Source: an uncultured Methylomirabilota bacterium (lineage in GTDB: Bacteria; Methylomirabilota; Methylomirabilia; Methylomirabilales; 2-02-FULL-66-22). From it: a stretch of DNA of 64,000 nt. Location: NCBI GenBank assembly GCA_963705305.1, contig OY970067.1, positions 1,728,001-1,792,000 of the forward strand, read 5' to 3'. Below are positions 58,915 through 64,000 of this stretch, in pieces. The stretch's first letter is position 1, and each line of letters opens with the position of its first letter. Made by a program: the position numbers and the translations under genes. The notes under the pieces are model-generated. The model was given only the letters and a program-made list of their open reading frames with translations, ran no database searches and was not told where the DNA came from.

Positions 58915-59973
58915 ATGAACGACGCGCAGTGGGAGACCCTGGTGGCCGCCATTCGAGGCGAGACGATCACACCGCCGGTGGCCTTCATCATCGACAGTCC
59001 CTGGCTGCCGAACTGGGCTGGGATGTCGATCCTCGACTACTACAGCAGCGAGGAACGCTGGCTGGAGGCGAACTTCCGGGCCATCCGGGAGTTTCCGGAC
59101 TGCCTCTTCCTGCCGGGCTTCTGGTCGGAGTTCGGGATGTGCACCGAGCCGTCCGCCTTCGGGGCCAGATGCCTGTTCCACGAGAACGAGTTCCCCTTCG
59201 CCGAGAAGGTCATCCAGGACGTGGAGCAGATCGGCCAGCTCGCGAGGCCCGATCCGCGACGGGACGGCTTGCTGCCCTTCGTCATCAAGCGGCTCCAGCA
59301 CTGCCAGCCGCGCATCCGGGCGGCCGGGCACGCCATCCGGTTCGCCATCTCCCGCGGGCCGCTCAACGTCGCCTCCTTCCTGATGGGCACCACCGAGTTC
59401 CTGACGGAGATGAAGGCCAGCCCCGACGAGATCCACCGGCTGCTCCGGCTGATCACCGACTTCCTGGGCGCCTGGCTGGCCTATCAGCGCGAGTGCTTTC
59501 CGACCATCGACGGCGTGCTGCTCCTGGACGACATCGTGGGGTTCATCGGCGAAAAGGACTTCGTGGAGTTTGCGCAGCCGTACCTGCAGGAGCTGTTCAC
59601 GCGCCTGGACGTCTCGGTGCGCTTCTTTCACAACGACTCGCCGTGCCGCGCCTCGGCCCCGCACCTGCACGCCACCGGCATCAACCTCTTCAACATGGGC
59701 ATCAACGTCACCCTGCCGGACCTCCGGGGCTGGGCGGGGGACGCCGTCGCCCTGATGGGCAACATCCCGCCGCGCGACGTCCTGGCCTCCGGAGCGACCG
59801 CCCAGGTGGAGGCGGCCGTGGAGGCGCAGTTCCGGGCGCTGCCCGACACGCGGGGCATCCTCTTCTCTTGCGGCGGCGGCATGCCGCCCGGCGTGCCGAC
59901 CGCCAACATCCGCGCCTTCACGGCCAAAGTGGCGGCGCTGAGCCGGGGCCGGGCCGGGAGCGCCTCCGCCTAG
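58915..59973 (+). CDS. Uroporphyrinogen decarboxylase / MtaA-like family protein
   Basis: RGPLNVA.FLMG, LLDD, FHND, LMGNIPP, SCGGG. Confidence 0.85.
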   Translation: MNDAQWETLVAAIRGETITPPVAFIIDSPWLPNWAGMSILDYYSSEERWLEANFRAIREFPDCLFLPGFWSEFGMCTEPSAFGARCLFHENEFPFAEKVIQDVEQIGQLARPDPRRDGLLPFVIKRLQHCQPRIRAAGHAIRFAISRGPLNVASFLMGTTEFLTEMKASPDEIHRLLRLITDFLGAWLAYQRECFPTIDGVLLLDDIVGFIGEKDFVEFAQPYLQELFTRLDVSVRFFHNDSPCRASAPHLHATGINLFNMGINVTLPDLRGWAGDAVALMGNIPPRDVLASGATAQVEAAVEAQFRALPDTRGILFSCGGGMPPGVPTANIRAFTAKVAALSRGRAGSASA

Positions 59974-59998
59974 CGGGGCGTGCCCCGGCCGGACGCGA

Positions 59999-61048
59999 TC
60001 AGAAGATCCGGCTGAACCAGAGAAACGACAGGAGCGCGGACAGGAAGGCCAGGACCGCCGCGACGGCGGCGAACAGCGCGGTGATCTCGGTCTGCTGCTT
60101 CTCGAACACCAGCCGCGTGCTCAGCCCCTGGTAGATCTTCTTCAGGTCCATGGCGGTGCCCGCCCGGAAGTACTCGCCGCGGGTCAGGTCCGCGATCGCC
60201 TTGAGCGTCTCCTCGTCCAGGCGCGCGTAGAAGGACCACCCCTCGAAGCCGATCACCGCCCCCTGCGGCGTCCCCACCCCGATGGCGAAGACGCGCACGC
60301 CGCGGTCGGCCGCCATGCGGGCGGCCTCCATGGAGTCGGGCCCGGTCGTTCGCTGGCCGTCCGTCAAGAGGACGATGGCGGCTGAATCGTAGGAGCCGGG
60401 CGGGACGGGGGTGAGCGGCTTCTTCTCCTTCTCCGGGGAACGCCCCAGGTCCAGCGACGGCGACCGCTGGAAGCCGCGGCCGTAGATCGCCTCGCTCACA
60501 TCGATCCCGGCGTCCGGGAAAATGGTGGCCAGCGCGACGATGATCCCGCTGCCGATGGCGGTGCCGCGCTGGAGCTGGAACCGGTTGATGGATGCCAGGA
60601 TGTCCTCGCGGCTGTAAGTGGGCGCCTGCACCACCGCGGCCGTCCCCGCGAAGGACACCACGCCGACCCGCACGCTGCGGGGGAGGCCGGCCACGAACGC
60701 CTTGGCCGCCTCCTGCGCCGCGACCAGCCGGCTCGGCTTTACGTCCGTGGCCCGCATGCTGCCCGACACATCCATGGCCAGGATGATCGTCCGCTGCGTC
60801 GTCGGGAGGTTGACGATCGCGGCCGGGCGGGCCACCGCCACGATCAGCACGGCCAGCGCCAGCAGGAAGAGCAGCGGCGGCAGGTGGCGTCGGAGCCGCT
60901 GGCCCCCGCCCATGGCCTCCCGCACCAGGCTCAGGCTGGCGTAGCGGAGCGCCGCCCGCTTTCTCCGGCGCAGCAGCAGGAGATACAGGGCGACCAGCGC
61001 CGGCACCAGCGGCAGCAGCCAGAGCATCTCGGGCCACAGGAACGTCAT
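59999..61048 (-). CDS. VWA domain membrane protein (BatA-like)
   Basis: MIDAS DVSGSM, LLTDG, N- and C-terminal TM segments. Confidence 0.92.
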   Translation of the reverse strand: MTFLWPEMLWLLPLVPALVALYLLLLRRRKRAALRYASLSLVREAMGGGQRLRRHLPPLLFLLALAVLIVAVARPAAIVNLPTTQRTIILAMDVSGSMRATDVKPSRLVAAQEAAKAFVAGLPRSVRVGVVSFAGTAAVVQAPTYSREDILASINRFQLQRGTAIGSGIIVALATIFPDAGIDVSEAIYGRGFQRSPSLDLGRSPEKEKKPLTPVPPGSYDSAAIVLLTDGQRTTGPDSMEAARMAADRGVRVFAIGVGTPQGAVIGFEGWSFYARLDEETLKAIADLTRGEYFRAGTAMDLKKIYQGLSTRLVFEKQQTEITALFAAVAAVLAFLSALLSFLWFSRIF

Positions 61049-61986
61049 GGCGACACTCGCTCCAGGTGGGCGGGCAGCGTCGCCCCGCCCGCCAGCCGGC
61101 TGCGCTGTTTGCGGAGATCGGCAAAGCGCAGGATCGTCTCCACCAGGTCATCCTCCGTGGACAGCTCCAGCGCGTCCACGCCCGCGTCGCGGAAGGCCAG
61201 GCGGAGCGCCTTCTCGCGCCGCGCCGCGGCGGCGGCGAAGCGCCTCCGGAAGGCGCGGTCGTGGGTGTCCACCAGCACCTGCTCGCCCGTCTCGGCGTCC
61301 TGGATGACCAGCAGTCCCAGGTCGGGCAGGTCCGTCTCCAGCGGATCGTAGAGCCGCACCGCCAGGATTTCATGCCGCACCGCCAGGTGGGCCAGCGGCT
61401 CCGACCAGCCGGGCAGGCTGATGAAATCCGAGACGACGAACACCAGGGATCGGCGGGGGATGAGCCGGAAGGCGGCGCGCAGGAACTCGCGCAGATCGGT
61501 GGGCGCCGACCGGGAGCGCTCGGGCCGGGAGAGCATCCGGTGGAGGAGGTGCAGCACGTGCCGCCGTCCGGCCCGCGCCGGGATGACCGTATCGAGGCTG
61601 TCCCCGTACAGCAGCGCCCCCACGCGGTTGCCGTGGCGGGTCAGGAGCCGCGCCAGCACGGTGACGAACTCGATGGAGACCGACCGCTTCTTGGTCTCCC
61701 GGGAGGCGAAGTCCATGGATGGGCTGAGGTCCAGGAGGAACCAGCCGGTGATCTCGCGATCCTCGTTGAAGACCCGCACGTAGGGGGTCTGCAGGCGCGC
61801 GGTGACGTTCCAGTCGATGTGCCGGACGTCGTCGTGGTACTGGTACTCGCGCAGATCGGCCAGATCCAGGCCGAAGCCGCGGAACAGCGTCCGGTAATCG
61901 CCGTGCACGGCCCCGTCCAGGCGGCGGATCACCGTCCACTCCAGCCGGCGCAGGATGCGCTCAGGATCCTGCGGCAACTCGGACAT
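61045..61986 (-). CDS. DUF58 protein
   Basis: LREYQYHDDVRHIDWNVTAR, DLSPSM, VSDF. Confidence 0.93.
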   Translation of the reverse strand: MSELPQDPERILRRLEWTVIRRLDGAVHGDYRTLFRGFGLDLADLREYQYHDDVRHIDWNVTARLQTPYVRVFNEDREITGWFLLDLSPSMDFASRETKKRSVSIEFVTVLARLLTRHGNRVGALLYGDSLDTVIPARAGRRHVLHLLHRMLSRPERSRSAPTDLREFLRAAFRLIPRRSLVFVVSDFISLPGWSEPLAHLAVRHEILAVRLYDPLETDLPDLGLLVIQDAETGEQVLVDTHDRAFRRRFAAAAARREKALRLAFRDAGVDALELSTEDDLVETILRFADLRKQRSRLAGGATLPAHLERVSP

Positions 61987-62980
61987 GGGCTTCCAGCGGC
62001 TTCTCGGGCGCCGGGGTCTGCTGCATGACCCGGCGGATCAGGTCGTCGGCGGTCATTCCCTCGGCCAGCGCCTCGTAGGTGAGGACGAGGCGGTGCCGGA
62101 AGACGTCGGCCACGAGGTCCGCCACATCCTCCGGCAGGGCATAGCTGCGCCCGCGCAAAGCGGCCAGGGCCCTCGCTCCCTCGATCAGATGGATGGGGGC
62201 CCGCGGGCTGGCGCCGAAGGAGAGGTATTTCGCCAGCTCCGCCAGGCCGTAGCGCTCCGGATTGCGGGTGGCCGCGGCCAGGCGCACCGCGTATTGCATG
62301 AGCGACGGCTCGACGTACACGCGGCGGCAGTCCCGCTGCAGCGCCCCCAGCTGCTCGGTCGTGGCCACCGCGGCGACGGCGGGTTCCGCCACCCCCGTGA
62401 CCCGGTCGACGATGACGAATTCCTCCTCCTCGCTCGGATAGCCCACCAGCACCTTCATCATGAAACGATCCACCTGCGCCTCGGGCAGCGGGTACGTGCC
62501 CTCGGTCTCGATGGGATTCTGCGTGGCCATCACGAGGAACGGCTCCGGGACCTTGTGCGTCTCTCCGGCGATCGTGACCTGGTGCTCCTGCATCACTTCC
62601 AGCAGCGCGCTCTGGACCTTGGCCGGCGCGCGGTTGATCTCGTCGGCCAGCAGGAGGTTGGTGAAGACGGGGCCGAGCGCGGTGGCGAAGTCGCCGGTCT
62701 TCTGGTTGTAGATCCGGGTCCCCACGATGTCCGCGGGGACGAGATCCGGCGTGAATTGGATGCGCCGGAACGAGCCGCGAATGGTTCGGGCCAGCGTCTT
62801 GATGGTCAAGGTCTTGGCCAGCCCGGGCACCCCCTCCACCAGCAGGTGCTCCTGCGCCATGGTGGCCACGAGCACGCGCTCCAGGAAGTGATCCTGGCCG
62901 ACGACGACCTTCTTGACCTCGTAGAGGATCTGCTCCATGAGGAACGAGCCGTGGCTGCGCTCTGTGTCGCTGGTCTCCAT
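61961..62980 (-). CDS. MoxR family AAA+ ATPase
   Basis: EGVPGLAKT, RIQFTPDL, LADEINR, ATQNPIE, GASPR. Confidence 0.95.
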   Translation of the reverse strand: METSDTERSHGSFLMEQILYEVKKVVVGQDHFLERVLVATMAQEHLLVEGVPGLAKTLTIKTLARTIRGSFRRIQFTPDLVPADIVGTRIYNQKTGDFATALGPVFTNLLLADEINRAPAKVQSALLEVMQEHQVTIAGETHKVPEPFLVMATQNPIETEGTYPLPEAQVDRFMMKVLVGYPSEEEEFVIVDRVTGVAEPAVAAVATTEQLGALQRDCRRVYVEPSLMQYAVRLAAATRNPERYGLAELAKYLSFGASPRAPIHLIEGARALAALRGRSYALPEDVADLVADVFRHRLVLTYEALAEGMTADDLIRRVMQQTPAPEKPLEAHVRVAAGS

Positions 62981-63010
62981 ATGGCCTTTCCGGTGCCGAC
63001 GCCCTGCTAG

Positions 63011-63184
63011 CCCCATCCCGAAAACATCTCACCGCCAAGGGCGCCAAGGATAGCACGGTTGGAACGGGCGCGGAGTGCCCGGGGATTGGAACCGCCTCAA
63101 GTCCCCTGAAGGGGCGTTCCGGTGCCTTGAAGCAAAACCTCCGAACCTTGTTGGATGTTGGACCTTGGCGTCATGGCGGTTCAA
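63011..63184. repeat. Repeat family B variant with a different core
   Basis: CTAG|CCCCATCCCGAAAACATCTCACCGCCAAGGGCGCCAAG ... CTTGGCGTCATGGCGGTTCAA. Confidence 0.65.
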
Positions 63185-63186
63185 TG

Positions 63187-64000
63187 TCAGAAGGGGTGGA
63201 TTCCCACGGCGGATGCCGCATTTTCGATGGGCACCGCGAATCCGATGCCGACGAATACGCGCTGCTGGTTGGGGTTCAGGATCGCGGTGACGATGCCCAC
63301 CACCGCCCCGTCGGTGGTCACCAGCGGCCCGCCGGAGCTGCCGGGATTGACGGCCGCGTCGAACTGGATGAGGTTCGTCAGCAGCCGCTGCCCCTCCGGC
63401 GACTGGAACTCGCGCCGCAAGCCGGACACCACGCCGGCCGTTGCGGAGGGGCCGATCCCGAACGGGAAGCCGACGGCGACCACCTCGTCGCCGGGGGCGA
63501 GGTCCGCGGTGGAGCGCAGGGTCGCCGGGGCGAGGTCGTCTGGAATCGTCGCCGCCTGGAGCACCGCCAGGTCGTTCTCCGGCTGTACCCCGACGACCGT
63601 GGCATCCGACTCCAGCCCGTCGAAGAACGCCACCTCCACCCGCTGGGCCGCCGCCACGACGTGCAGGCTGGTGAGGATGATTCCCTTGTCGACGATGACG
63701 ACCCCGCTGCCGACCGCCGTCTCAACGTCTTCATCCTTGTGGCTGCCGGCATGCCCCATGGCGCGCACGCGCACGACGGAAGGCCGAATGATCTCGTACG
63801 CCCGCGCCGCGGCCGACGGCAGCCGCGCGGTCTCCAGGGTGTGCAGCACGGCGGCGTCGATGTCCCCCTGGGTGATCTGGGGCGGCCCAGGGTGCGTCGC
63901 GCCAGCCAGCCACACGACGAGCAGGACGACCAGTCCGCCGGCTGCCACCAGGAAGAGGCGCTCGCGATGCCTGAGGAATGCCAGCACCGGGCGGGGAGAC
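63187..64000 (-). CDS. S1C trypsin-like serine protease without PDZ (start may lie beyond the window)
   Basis: GSGV, TSLHVV, DLAVL, NPGSSGGPL catalytic triad. Confidence 0.9.
   Translation of the reverse strand, partial: SPRPVLAFLRHRERLFLVAAGGLVVLLVVWLAGATHPGPPQITQGDIDAAVLHTLETARLPSAAARAYEIIRPSVVRVRAMGHAGSHKDEDVETAVGSGVVIVDKGIILTSLHVVAAAQRVEVAFFDGLESDATVVGVQPENDLAVLQAATIPDDLAPATLRSTADLAPGDEVVAVGFPFGIGPSATAGVVSGLRREFQSPEGQRLLTNLIQFDAAVNPGSSGGPLVTTDGAVVGIVTAILNPNQQRVFVGIGFAVPIENAASAVGIHPF

Overview
64 kb of a GC-rich bacterial chromosome; the gene content suggests an uncultured environmental lineage, but taxonomy cannot be established from the sequence alone. The left part (1-16.9 kb) lies downstream of a minus-strand tRNA-Val(TAC) and looks like accessory DNA. 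It holds a partial gamma-glutamyltransferase, a broken IS5-family element and a 13-gene ROK-regulated sugar uptake/catabolism cluster (ABC components, two Gfo/Idh/MocA oxidoreductases, four xylose-isomerase-like TIM barrels, glucokinase, SDR, DJ-1/PfpI), followed by mobile-element debris beside the tRNA. The rest is mostly transport and metabolism: an ECF module, MFS/DAACS/Nramp-like transporters, a second sugar ABC set, an ADP-forming acyl-CoA ligase, aminotransferases, a PIN/Phd toxin-antitoxin pair, a DUF4143 ATPase, Ahb-like, CDGSH, BNR+MoaD and UroD-like genes, and a MoxR-DUF58-VWA operon with a serine protease. Best findings missed by the ORF track: (1) a probable ArsC-family selenoprotein (UGA in a UxxC motif with a SECIS-like hairpin, 45260-45607); (2) two families of miniature inverted-repeat elements, one sharing its ends with the resident IS5 and sitting at stop codons; (3) a ~220-nt rod-like inverted repeat at 56840-57060; (4) a ROK operator with a probable leaderless promoter; (5) a 27-bp promoter block shared by two transporter genes. 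Family assignments come from recognising motifs by eye, not from database searches.
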